Assembly: GCA_964654695.1 (NCBI GenBank)
Contig: CAZZKJ010000003.1
Span: forward strand, 58,909 to 122,908
Length of the DNA stretch: 64,000 nucleotides
Direction: 5' to 3'
From: an uncultured bacterium
Lineage (GTDB): Bacteria; Krumholzibacteriota; Krumholzibacteriia; WVZY01
This document shows, in pieces, positions 18,767 through 27,576 of this stretch. A model generated the notes under the pieces. It did no database searches, was not told the origin of the DNA, and saw only the letters and a list, made by a program, of their open reading frames with translations. Each line of letters opens with the position of its first letter. The first letter of the stretch is position 1. A program made the translations under genes and the position numbers.

Positions 18767-19798
18767 ATGAGGAAAAAAGCCAGAGGCATAGGGCTGCTGT
18801 CGGGAGGACTCGATTCCGCACTGGCCGTTAGAATAATCCAGGAAGCGGGAGCCGAAGTAGAGTGTTTGCATTTTTTTACAGGTTTCTGCGTGACCGGGCA
18901 TCACAGCCGTGTTGGCAGAACCGACAAGCCGATCTCCAATAAGGCCCTCCAAACCGCCGCGGATCTCGGCGTATCGATCGAGCTTATGGACATTTCAGAT
19001 GAGTACCTGGATATAGTCCTTCACCCCCGCTACGGGTACGGAGCGAACATGAATCCGTGCATCGATTGCAGGATATTCATGCTGCGCAAAGCCGGCGAGT
19101 ACATGTCTCAAGTCGGCGCTGATTTTGTCTTCACCGGCGAAGTCCTGGGCCAAAGACCCATGTCCCAGATGAGGCGCACGATGGATCTTATAGAAAAGAA
19201 TTCAGGTCTCCAGGGTCTCCTGGTGAGGCCTCTTTGCGCAAAGCTGCTGCCGGCGACAATTCCCGAGGAATCTGGAATTATCGAGAGGGAAAAGCTCCTT
19301 GCTGTTGAAGGCCGCTCAAGAAAAATACAGATTGAATTGGCCAAGAAACATGGTTTGACTTCCTACTCTCAACCCGCCGGAGGGTGTTGTTTTCTCACGG
19401 ATGAGGCATATTCGCGGAAGCTGAAAGATCTGCTCGTTGTGAGAAAAAAAAACGATCTGAGCCTGGATGATATTTATCTTCTGGGAGTAGGCAGGCATTT
19501 TCGTTTGAGCGGAGATTTGAAAGTAATAATTGGAAGGGATGAAACCGAGAATAACTTTCTCGCACGCTATGCCGATAAACTCTGGACCGCACAGGCGCTG
19601 CATGCACCCGGTCCGGTCGGTTTGATATGCGGAAAGTTGGATATCTATTCGAGCCGCGATATAGCCTCAATGGTCGCCCGCTACAGCGACGCAAAGAATG
19701 AAAAAATAGTAGAAGTACTGTTGTCCCTGGGAAAAGAAAGCAAAGTATTAAAAGTACAACCCGCTGGGGATCTGTTGTTAGAAAAGCACCGCATATGA
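18767..19798 (+). CDS. PP-loop ATP pyrophosphatase, putative tRNA thiolation enzyme (ThiI/MnmA-like, no THUMP domain)
   Basis: SGGLDS PP-loop, NPCIDC, TGEVLGQRPMSQ and GGCCFLTD; C-terminal GRHFR..IIGRDETEN domain. Confidence 0.75.
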   Translation: MRKKARGIGLLSGGLDSALAVRIIQEAGAEVECLHFFTGFCVTGHHSRVGRTDKPISNKALQTAADLGVSIELMDISDEYLDIVLHPRYGYGANMNPCIDCRIFMLRKAGEYMSQVGADFVFTGEVLGQRPMSQMRRTMDLIEKNSGLQGLLVRPLCAKLLPATIPEESGIIEREKLLAVEGRSRKIQIELAKKHGLTSYSQPAGGCCFLTDEAYSRKLKDLLVVRKKNDLSLDDIYLLGVGRHFRLSGDLKVIIGRDETENNFLARYADKLWTAQALHAPGPVGLICGKLDIYSSRDIASMVARYSDAKNEKIVEVLLSLGKESKVLKVQPAGDLLLEKHRI

Positions 19799-19855
19799 AA
19801 GTGTCGAGAAGGATTTTAGAAAGTGATCCCCTCTGCACTCACAAAAGGAAAATTT

Positions 19856-20182
19856 ATGAATGAGCGAAATTATTTTGTCGTGCTGGTAACTGCGCCGTCA
19901 ATGAGCGAAGCCCAACGAATTGCCGATAGAATCGTTGAAAAAAAGCTTGCCGCCTGCGTTAATATAATTGACGGTTGCAAGAGTGTTTTTTTCTGGGAAG
20001 GCCGGATTCAAAAAGAAAGCGAAGTTCTCCTGATAATCAAAACCAGCGAGAAATTATTCAAAAGTCTCGAGGAAAACATAACTTCTCTGCACAGCTATGA
20101 TGTCCCGGAAATAATCGCACTGAGCTCCGCCGGAATCTCGGATGCATACAGGCTCTACCTGGATGCCGCGCTCAAGCCCTGA
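19856..20182 (+). CDS. cutA: Divalent-cation tolerance protein CutA
   Basis: LAACVNII, S.FFWEG.I..ESE, IKT and HSYDVPEII. Confidence 0.93.
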   Translation: MNERNYFVVLVTAPSMSEAQRIADRIVEKKLAACVNIIDGCKSVFFWEGRIQKESEVLLIIKTSEKLFKSLEENITSLHSYDVPEIIALSSAGISDAYRLYLDAALKP

Positions 20183-20279
20183 TATGCTCCATTTTCATGG
20201 CGTCCCTCCCCTCCAGGGCGTTTTTATGGTTCAAAACTTGCTTTTCCCGGTTGGGACTCCAAGAAAGGATACGCAGATC

Positions 20280-20900
20280 ATGAAGCTTATTCGTGTAACC
20301 ATATTATTGTTAATGGCGTTACCGTATTACGCTAATGCCGTTCCCGGAATGTCGATCGGTGCAAAAATAGGAAAGGCAAGCTATTCAGGAGATATTCTGC
20401 CCAACAGCGGCGATGTCGGCAGCAGTGTGTTCTACGGTTTTATTCTGGATATAACCGCAGTGCCGGCCCTGGATTTTGAAGTACAGGCCAATTATTTCGC
20501 CAAGGATTTCAGGTACAAATACGATTTGGCCGGCGTTCCGCAGTCGGTGGATTTTGAATTCAGAGATGTCAATGTTATATTACTTGCCAAGAAAAACATT
20601 TTCAGCACTCCCGGCGGTCCCATTTCATTTTTCGTCGGAGGAGGCGTTGGACTGCACCTGCTCAATACGGAACTCGCCCAGTCGGCGGTCGGCGGGTCAT
20701 TTAATCCGGCTGCGGCGGATAATCCGTTCTCTCTCTTTGCTAATAATTCAAAAACGGCCGGTCATGGAGCCGCCGGAATAAAGCTGACCTTTCCGGCATC
20801 GCCTCTTTCTTTATACGGGCAGGGCAGGTACGGCCGTATCTTCGCCGGAGATGGGGTTTCAATCTACAGTGTAGAAGCCGGTCTTTTGCTTGGATTCTAA
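20280..20900 (+). CDS. Small outer-membrane beta-barrel protein
   Basis: Signal peptide MKLIRV...ANA, amphipathic beta-strands and a terminal Phe (AGLLLGF). Confidence 0.8.
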   Translation: MKLIRVTILLLMALPYYANAVPGMSIGAKIGKASYSGDILPNSGDVGSSVFYGFILDITAVPALDFEVQANYFAKDFRYKYDLAGVPQSVDFEFRDVNVILLAKKNIFSTPGGPISFFVGGGVGLHLLNTELAQSAVGGSFNPAAADNPFSLFANNSKTAGHGAAGIKLTFPASPLSLYGQGRYGRIFAGDGVSIYSVEAGLLLGF

Positions 20901-20940
20901 AGCTGCCGCAATAATGCCTTATAACTGGTAAGTTGGTTTG

Positions 20941-20991
20941 AAGCCGGTGAAGACTAGTTTTTCGCCGGCTTTCGCCATATGGCGGGTTTTT
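20941..20991 (+). terminator. Candidate intrinsic terminator (two hairpins followed by a T-tract)
   Basis: AAGCCGG...CCGGCTT hairpin, then CGCC-ATAT-GGCG followed by GGTTTTT. Confidence 0.45.
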
Positions 20992-21079
20992 ACTGATTCG
21001 TGCCCGCTGAGGTGGAGCAAACCTGTTTTATTTTCGCTCAAGGCTCTTAGCCAACGGCCGATAATTAAAGCGGGAGAAA

Positions 21080-22597
21080 TTGAAAGAGATCGATGCCATG
21101 AGAAAACCACGAGTCCTTATAATCGATGATTCAAAACTAGTGAGGAAATGGTGTTCGGCCGCTCTCATTAAGTATGGAATAGTTGTTGAAACCTGCATCA
21201 ACGGAAAAGAAGGTCTGAAAAAAGTTTTGGATTTCCATCCAGATGTAGTGCTGACAGATCTGGAAATGCCGGTTATGGACGGTATGGCCGTTATTAGCGC
21301 TTTAAAGCAAGACGAGGAAACCAGCCATATACCAATAATAGCTTTTACCGCCAGCAATGATTTGAAATCCAAAATCAAGGTTCTGGAAGCCGGAGCGAAT
21401 GACTTTCTCAGCAAGGAAACCGATCAGGCTGAACTCGTTGCCCGCGTGAAAAGCCAGTTCCGTATAAAGCTTCTTGAAGACGGGCTCATTCATGAACGCA
21501 ATAAATTCTTTAATATTTTAAATGATCTAAGTGAAGCCATAGTCATTCTCGATTACGGCGGCAGGATAATATTTCTGAATAATTCCACGCGGTCCATGCT
21601 CGGCGCTCCGAATTTAAAAACTGAAGAAGGCGATCTTGATAGTCTCCTGGTGAACGTCGAAAGAAAAGAAGAACTGCTCCGAGCGCTGAAAGCGGGGAAA
21701 TTGGAAAATTTCGAAATGAGCGCGGTAAAGGATGAAGTTCGGAGAGATTTTATTGTCAATGCCGGGCCGGTTTTCCTGCCGGAGCAAAAGAAACACGGCT
21801 GGGCATTAATTCTCAGGGATATCACCCAGGAAAAACAGATGGAAGCGATGAAAGCGGAGTTTTACTCCATGATCGTGCATGATTTGAGATCGCCCATTAC
21901 CGTCATCAACGGGTATATCAAGCTCATTCTTTCCGGAAAAACCGGCGTTTTGACTGGCACCCAGCGCGAGTTTCTGACGGGCGCGCGGGAAAGAGCAAAT
22001 GCGATGCTCAAACTGGTGGATGAATTCCTGACAGTTTCCAAATTCGATGCCAGTTTTGTAAATCTCGATATTCGGGAAACCGATTTGGTCGAAGTTGTAA
22101 AAAAGAGCGTCGATGATATGAATTTTATCGCCGGTGATAAGCAGGTAAAGATAAGTTTTGAGCAGATCGGGGAGGTTCCCCTGATATCCGCCGATCCCGA
22201 TAAACTGGGTAAAGTATTCGGGAATCTTATAGATAATGCCGTCAAGTACACGATGGGGGGAGGAGCCGTAAAAGTGAGAGTCTCAGCCGGCAAAGAAAAG
22301 GCCAGGGTGGCTGTGGAGGACTCCGGCATCGGGATCGATGCCGGGGAGATCGCGCATGTTTTTGATCGCTATCGCAGAATGTCCACTGCCAAAAAACGAA
22401 AGATTAAAGGAACCGGGTTGGGACTGGCAATTGTAAAGGAGATCATTGAAGCGCATTCCGGCAAAGTCTGGGTGGAAAGCCGAGCCGGCAAAGGCAGCAC
22501 ATTTTTTGTAGAAATCCCGCTGAACAAAACCAATTCCGAAATCCAGAATCTAAAGGATCCCGGATCCAGAAAAAGATTTTTGCAGAAAGTGGATTAA
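21080..22597 (+). CDS. Cytoplasmic REC-PAS-HisKA-HATPase hybrid sensor kinase
   Basis: IIDDS...TDLEMPVMDG receiver; HDLRSP H-box; NLIDNAVKY, DSGIGI and GTGLGL boxes; no TM segment. Confidence 0.93.
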   Translation: MKEIDAMRKPRVLIIDDSKLVRKWCSAALIKYGIVVETCINGKEGLKKVLDFHPDVVLTDLEMPVMDGMAVISALKQDEETSHIPIIAFTASNDLKSKIKVLEAGANDFLSKETDQAELVARVKSQFRIKLLEDGLIHERNKFFNILNDLSEAIVILDYGGRIIFLNNSTRSMLGAPNLKTEEGDLDSLLVNVERKEELLRALKAGKLENFEMSAVKDEVRRDFIVNAGPVFLPEQKKHGWALILRDITQEKQMEAMKAEFYSMIVHDLRSPITVINGYIKLILSGKTGVLTGTQREFLTGARERANAMLKLVDEFLTVSKFDASFVNLDIRETDLVEVVKKSVDDMNFIAGDKQVKISFEQIGEVPLISADPDKLGKVFGNLIDNAVKYTMGGGAVKVRVSAGKEKARVAVEDSGIGIDAGEIAHVFDRYRRMSTAKKRKIKGTGLGLAIVKEIIEAHSGKVWVESRAGKGSTFFVEIPLNKTNSEIQNLKDPGSRKRFLQKVD

Positions 22598-22867
22598 TTT
22601 TGTGATCAGAAGTTCGCGTGTATCGGGAATATCATAATAACCTGACTGCAGGCGCCTTTTTACCATTATGATTTTTTCTTCTCTGGTGTCAGGGATTTTA
22701 TCCAACGATTTTACAGCCTCATCCATGGTTCTCTCAATACTATCTTGAATACCAGGGTTTTCGGAAAACCCCGTTTCAGCTGTGAGACCGGTTTTGCGGA
22801 AATCCGCCTCGATCTCTCCTGAGGCGCCGCCGGTGTTGAATCCTTTCTTATGATTCTGTTCTTCCAT
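22550..22867 (-). CDS. FlgM-like anti-sigma domain protein
   Basis: Low-complexity N-terminus; C-terminal PDTREEKIIMVKRRLQSGYY resembles the FlgM sigma28-binding helices. Confidence 0.55.
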   Translation of the reverse strand: MEEQNHKKGFNTGGASGEIEADFRKTGLTAETGFSENPGIQDSIERTMDEAVKSLDKIPDTREEKIIMVKRRLQSGYYDIPDTRELLITKLIHFLQKSFSGSGIL

Positions 22868-23118
22868 AACCCTGATAATATCACAACAGTACCGGTTTGT
22901 GAAGGCACCCACTATATCGGCCTAAAATAGGCAATTGAGGCACAAGCCCTCAATTAGCCTTTGCCATATCAAGGACAAAGAGCTTAGCATATAGGGCGGG
23001 GTTTTTTAAAGTCGGAACGCCCCGGGATTTTTAGCCCGTCAAGCCGGGTGTGAAGCATAATAGCGAGCGCAAATCTAATCGGCATGCGGAGCCGGTGCAA
23101 TAAAAGGAGTAATCGATA

Positions 23119-23943
23119 GTGAGAAAGCTTCCTCTGGGCATAGCTCTCAGCGGCGGCACCGCAAAGTCGGTGACGCATGTTGGGATTTTAAAGGCTCTGA
23201 TCGAGGCAGACATTAAAATAGATTATATTTCCGGAACCAGCGGCGGCAGCATTATAGCCGCCCTCTTCGCTTCGGGAATGCCGATATCATCCATGGAGGA
23301 GTTGGCGCTAGAAATGAGCTGGAGAAAGCTCATGAGTTTGAAGATTTCAAGATTGGGATTCCTTTCGAGCAAGAAAATTGAAGAATTCATGAGGGAGCTC
23401 ATCGGGAATATTAGTTTCGATGAACTTCAAATACCTTGTTATGTGGTAGCTACGGATCTGGAAAATGGGAATAAAAAGGTGTTCAGTTCCGGGAACGTAG
23501 CGCGAGCAGTACGTGCCAGCTGCAGCATTCCTCAAATTTACCTTCCGGTCGAAATAGACGGACGCCTGTATATCGATGGAGGTTTTGCAGAGTACCTTTC
23601 CATTGAAACTCTAAAGTCTCTGGGTGATGTTTTCGCCGTAGGTGCCCATTTGGCGCCGGAGAAAAGCATTTACAGGCATCCTCGGCACATTCTTCAGCTT
23701 ATCATGCAGCTTACGGGAATCATGGCCAAAAGAAATTACACGCAATCCTTGAAAAAGGCGGATTTCCTTATCCATCCGAATCTTGAGGGATTCAGCGCAT
23801 TCGATTTTGACAGCGCGGCGAGCCTGGTGGATATAGGATACCAGGTTGCCAAGGCTTCGCTGTATGATTTGGAGCAAAAATGGGCCAGAAGAAGCGGTTT
23901 TTGGAGTCGATTTATGCGAAAGGTTTTTTCCGAGAAGCACTAA
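23119..23943 (+). CDS. Patatin-like phospholipase
   Basis: LSGGTAK oxyanion loop, GTSGG nucleophile elbow and DGG motif; GTG start after AAGGAG. Confidence 0.93.
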   Translation: MRKLPLGIALSGGTAKSVTHVGILKALIEADIKIDYISGTSGGSIIAALFASGMPISSMEELALEMSWRKLMSLKISRLGFLSSKKIEEFMRELIGNISFDELQIPCYVVATDLENGNKKVFSSGNVARAVRASCSIPQIYLPVEIDGRLYIDGGFAEYLSIETLKSLGDVFAVGAHLAPEKSIYRHPRHILQLIMQLTGIMAKRNYTQSLKKADFLIHPNLEGFSAFDFDSAASLVDIGYQVAKASLYDLEQKWARRSGFWSRFMRKVFSEKH

Positions 23944-23998
23944 TGCCTTTGGTTCAGTTTTTATATTCAGAATCGGGCATTGCGCGGTCTGGAGAACA

Positions 23999-25336
23999 TT
24001 GAAGAAATTGGCGAAAAACCACAGAATCGGAATAATAGGCGGAGGTCCCGCCGGAGCTTTTTGTGCGAACTTTTTGCTCTATCTATCGAGTAAAGAGAAT
24101 CTGCCGATAAAAGTGACCATATACGAAGGTAAAGTCTTCGATGCTACCGGAATCAAGGGATGCAATCTCTGCGTGGGTATTCTTGCCCATTCGCTGATCA
24201 TCAGGCTGTCTGCAATCGGGCTGAAGATTCCAAAGCGAATTATTCAAAGAAATATTGATGCTTACCGGCTCATTACCGAATCGGGAGAAATCACACTGGA
24301 TAAGGACGAGAAAAGGAAAATATACACTGTTTACCGCGGTGGTGGGCCAAGAGGTTTCAAGTTCGTTGAATCCGTCAGTTTCGATAAATTTCTTCTGGAC
24401 AGCGCCGTAGAGAGAGGAGCAAAGCTAAAAAGGCTTACGATTAAAAAGATCATTTCTCCCCGTACGCCGGATGGACCTTACGGTCTGGAGGACGGCCAGG
24501 GAGATATCCATGAAGAAGACATAGTTGTTGGTGCGTTCGGAGTGAATTCTTCCGTCAAATCAGATTTTGAATCGGCAGGATTCGGATATATCCCCCCAAA
24601 AACCATTACGGCCTTTCAGTCCGAGTTCCACTTAGGCCAGGATTTCGTCACTAAAAAGTTTTCCAATACGATCAGGGTTTTTCTTCTTCCGAAAAGCAAA
24701 CTGGACTTTGGATTAATCGTTCCTAAAAAAGCTGAAGTAACCGTGTCCCTGATTGGAAGAGATTTGAACAAAAAAGATATCGATGAATTTCTCAATCATC
24801 CCCTGGTTAGGCGCGAGTTCCCTGATAAATGGGAGCCGAGAGAAGGCTTCTGTTTCTGCATGCCGCATCTGCCGGTCGGTCCGGCAGCAAAACCCTTCGC
24901 GGATCGGCTTGTAATTATAGGCGATGCGAGTATATCCCGCTTTTACAAGAATGGAATTCAATCCTCGTATTTTACCGCCGATTTTGCCGCCAGAACCATT
25001 TTTTATCACGGCATAGATGCGGCGGCCTTTAAGAAATACTATTGGCACTGGAGCAGAAAGAAATACTTATTCGACAATCTATATGGAAAAACGCTGTTTT
25101 TCTCCAGCCTCTTCATCAGAAAATCCGGCCGGCTGTCGGAAATTATGCTGAACGTTGCAAGCGGCAAGTGGGCTACGCAAAATTCAAATGCGGTTCGTTT
25201 GAGAAAGGTATTTTGGAATATGTTTACAGGGAACGCTCCATACTATTATATATTTCGCGATCTGTTGAATGTGTCTTTGCAGCTTAATTTGATCAAGGCT
25301 TCGCTTCATTTCATTAATATGAGACGAGGTAAATAA
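23999..25336 (+). CDS. FAD-dependent oxidoreductase, geranylgeranyl-reductase-like (paralogue 1)
   Basis: GGGPAG FAD loop, KGCNLCVG, FDKFLL and IIGDAS; TTG start after GGAG. Confidence 0.8.
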   Translation: MKKLAKNHRIGIIGGGPAGAFCANFLLYLSSKENLPIKVTIYEGKVFDATGIKGCNLCVGILAHSLIIRLSAIGLKIPKRIIQRNIDAYRLITESGEITLDKDEKRKIYTVYRGGGPRGFKFVESVSFDKFLLDSAVERGAKLKRLTIKKIISPRTPDGPYGLEDGQGDIHEEDIVVGAFGVNSSVKSDFESAGFGYIPPKTITAFQSEFHLGQDFVTKKFSNTIRVFLLPKSKLDFGLIVPKKAEVTVSLIGRDLNKKDIDEFLNHPLVRREFPDKWEPREGFCFCMPHLPVGPAAKPFADRLVIIGDASISRFYKNGIQSSYFTADFAARTIFYHGIDAAAFKKYYWHWSRKKYLFDNLYGKTLFFSSLFIRKSGRLSEIMLNVASGKWATQNSNAVRLRKVFWNMFTGNAPYYYIFRDLLNVSLQLNLIKASLHFINMRRGK

Positions 25337-26598
25337 TGGCAAACGGTCTGGGACCGCTGGGCGACGGCAGCAAAGTTGTAATAGTAGGTGGGGGACCGGG
25401 AGGGGCCGGCTGCGCACTGACGCTCCTTCGCCACGCCAAATCAGAAGGCAAGAGCATCCACGTTACACTGCTGGAGCCAAAACATTTCGGATACCATTAT
25501 AATCAATGTATGGGAGTTCTTTCTCCTCCTATTTTAAAGATCCTGGAAGAGAATTATGGCCTTGTCTATCCCAAGGAAATGATACAAAGGCATATCAGGG
25601 GATATGTTCTTGTCACCGACGGCGAGGAGATCGATCTGCCGGGCTCCATAGCCGGAGAGATATCTCACGCCGTAAGACGCGTGCAGTTTGATGATTTCCT
25701 TCTTAAACAAATAGAACGTGAAGGGGCTAGAATTATCAAAGCCAGGGCGACGGACGTGGAGTTTCATAGTGAAGACGCCATCGTTTATTCTGAAAGCGGA
25801 GCTTTTAGCGCCGATGTGATTGTCGGTGCCTGTGGGCTCGACAGGGTAATGGTGGAAGCATTCGAGAAACGCTCGGGTTATAGAAGCCCCGATTACTTGG
25901 AGACAATAGTAACTAAAATTCATCCTGAGAAAAAATATGTCGAAGCCTTCGAGGGAAAGATTTATGCTTTTTTAATATCCGTGCCCGAAATTGAGTTTGG
26001 AGCAATAGTGCCGAAAGGCAATCATTTAACGGTTTTGATTGCGGGAAAGAGGATCAATATAAAAGTTCTCAAACGGTTTCTTTCTTTGAAGAGAGTAAGG
26101 GAATTGCTGCCCTTCGAGTACAGTATTTACGATGCTTTCAAAGGGTCTTTCCCGATTACTACCGCTCGTAATTATTTTGATGACAGATTTGTTTTGATTG
26201 GCGATGCAGCAGGTCTGGTGAGGCCGTTCAAGGGCAAAGGAATCAATTCAGCATTTATAACCGGAACCTTGGCCGCTCAGGCGATGATCGAGCATGGGAT
26301 ATCGAAAAACGCATTCAAGGTATTTCACAAGAACTGCGAATTCATAACGGGAGATCTGTGGTATGGGAGATTCGTTCGTTCTTTCGTGAACTTTGCCACC
26401 AACCGGCTTTCAATCGATCCCATTGTCAAGCTTGCCCGGATGAATACTTCTTTGCAGGTTGCCCTGTTCAATGCTGTCTCCGGCAGAGCCAACTATAAAA
26501 GTATTCTGAAAGATGATATCCGGCCCCTGGATTATATTTCTATGTTCAAAGCATACGCCGGATTCACTGTTTCCAAATTCTTCAAGTCCAGGAGCTGA
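25336..26598 (+). CDS. FAD-dependent oxidoreductase, geranylgeranyl-reductase-like (paralogue 2)
   Basis: GGGPGG, QCMGVL, RRVQFDDFLL and GDAAGLVRPFKGKGI; start overlaps the upstream stop (TAATG). Confidence 0.85.
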   Translation: MANGLGPLGDGSKVVIVGGGPGGAGCALTLLRHAKSEGKSIHVTLLEPKHFGYHYNQCMGVLSPPILKILEENYGLVYPKEMIQRHIRGYVLVTDGEEIDLPGSIAGEISHAVRRVQFDDFLLKQIEREGARIIKARATDVEFHSEDAIVYSESGAFSADVIVGACGLDRVMVEAFEKRSGYRSPDYLETIVTKIHPEKKYVEAFEGKIYAFLISVPEIEFGAIVPKGNHLTVLIAGKRINIKVLKRFLSLKRVRELLPFEYSIYDAFKGSFPITTARNYFDDRFVLIGDAAGLVRPFKGKGINSAFITGTLAAQAMIEHGISKNAFKVFHKNCEFITGDLWYGRFVRSFVNFATNRLSIDPIVKLARMNTSLQVALFNAVSGRANYKSILKDDIRPLDYISMFKAYAGFTVSKFFKSRS

Positions 26599-26601
26599 TT
26601 A

Positions 26602-27450
26602 ATGGTTCCTGATCGCGGTCAAATATCATCCAGGATTGTAGCCGTTATTACTGATTTTGGCACAGGGGATTTTTATGCCGGAACAATGAAAGCCGCCGTT
26701 CTTTCTGCCGCCCCTGAAGTTACGGTGATAGATATCTCACATGATGTTCATCCGCACGCGGTGCTCCAGGCCAGTTTTGTTCTAGCAAGGACTTTTGAAT
26801 ATTTTCCCAGGGGAACGGTTTTTCTGGCCGTCGTGGATCCCGGAGTCGGAGGCAAGAGAAGAAATATGATTTTCATGTTGGAAAATAAGTTTATAACAGC
26901 ACCGGATAACGGCCTGATAAGCGATCTTGCCTCCGAAAGAGATTTGGAACGGTCTTTTGAGATTTCCGAAGCCGGGCTGGGACCTTGGAAACCGTTTAAA
27001 TCCGCGGGACGGACATTTCTCGGCAGAGACGTTCTGGGTCCGGCTGCGGGGGCCCTTGCCGCCGGAATCGGCTGCGAAAAAATTGGAGAAAAGGCCGAGG
27101 ACTATAAAACACTAAACCTGCCTTTGGTTTCTGTCGAAAAAGAAGCTGTGGTAGGCAGGGGGAGATACATAGACCGTTTTGGAAACATCATTACCAACAT
27201 AAGCGCAAAAAACATTGAACAGACATTTCCCGGCATGCCGCTTAACCGGGTCAGGGCCAGCATTATGGGGCGAACAGTAACTGGTATATCGGAATTCTAT
27301 TCGGAGAACGCTCCCGGCGTACTCTCGTTAATTTTAAACAGTTGGAACATGGTTGAGATATCTGTGAACCAGGGCAGTGCGGTAGAAGCAATGGGCCCGA
27401 CCCGGGCTGAAGAAATAGAGATTGAAATCGGAATGCAGCATTCTGCTTGA
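26602..27450 (+). CDS. DUF62 / SAM hydroxide adenosyltransferase (chlorinase/fluorinase superfamily)
   Basis: ITDFG..DFYAGTMK, VVDPGVG..RR, APDNGL, TFLGRD, IDRFGNIITN and EISVNQGSA. Confidence 0.92.
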   Translation: MVPDRGQISSRIVAVITDFGTGDFYAGTMKAAVLSAAPEVTVIDISHDVHPHAVLQASFVLARTFEYFPRGTVFLAVVDPGVGGKRRNMIFMLENKFITAPDNGLISDLASERDLERSFEISEAGLGPWKPFKSAGRTFLGRDVLGPAAGALAAGIGCEKIGEKAEDYKTLNLPLVSVEKEAVVGRGRYIDRFGNIITNISAKNIEQTFPGMPLNRVRASIMGRTVTGISEFYSENAPGVLSLILNSWNMVEISVNQGSAVEAMGPTRAEEIEIEIGMQHSA

Positions 27451-27576
27451 CCTTTTACCGGATTGGTGTTCTAATTATATACCGGAGGTTTATTAAGGAC
27501 TATATTAGCAGACGTGCAGCTATGCTTTTTTTTGGCATAGCCTTTTCTTTTCAGTATTTAAAAAGGAGTGCGGAGT

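Noticed and set aside
23999-27450. Halometabolite cluster (flavin halogenases plus chlorinase)
   Set aside because: Neither flavoprotein has the WxWxIP halogenase motif (they read FGLIVPK and FGAIVPK), no scaffold-building genes are nearby, and the DUF62 protein retains the hydrolase-type Asp/Arg. Halide use remains only a testable side hypothesis.
27519-27547. sigma54-like TGGCAT upstream of fbp
   Set aside because: The -12 position reads TTTTC rather than TTGC. The sequence is better explained as a GCTATGC/GCATAGC inverted repeat of unknown role.
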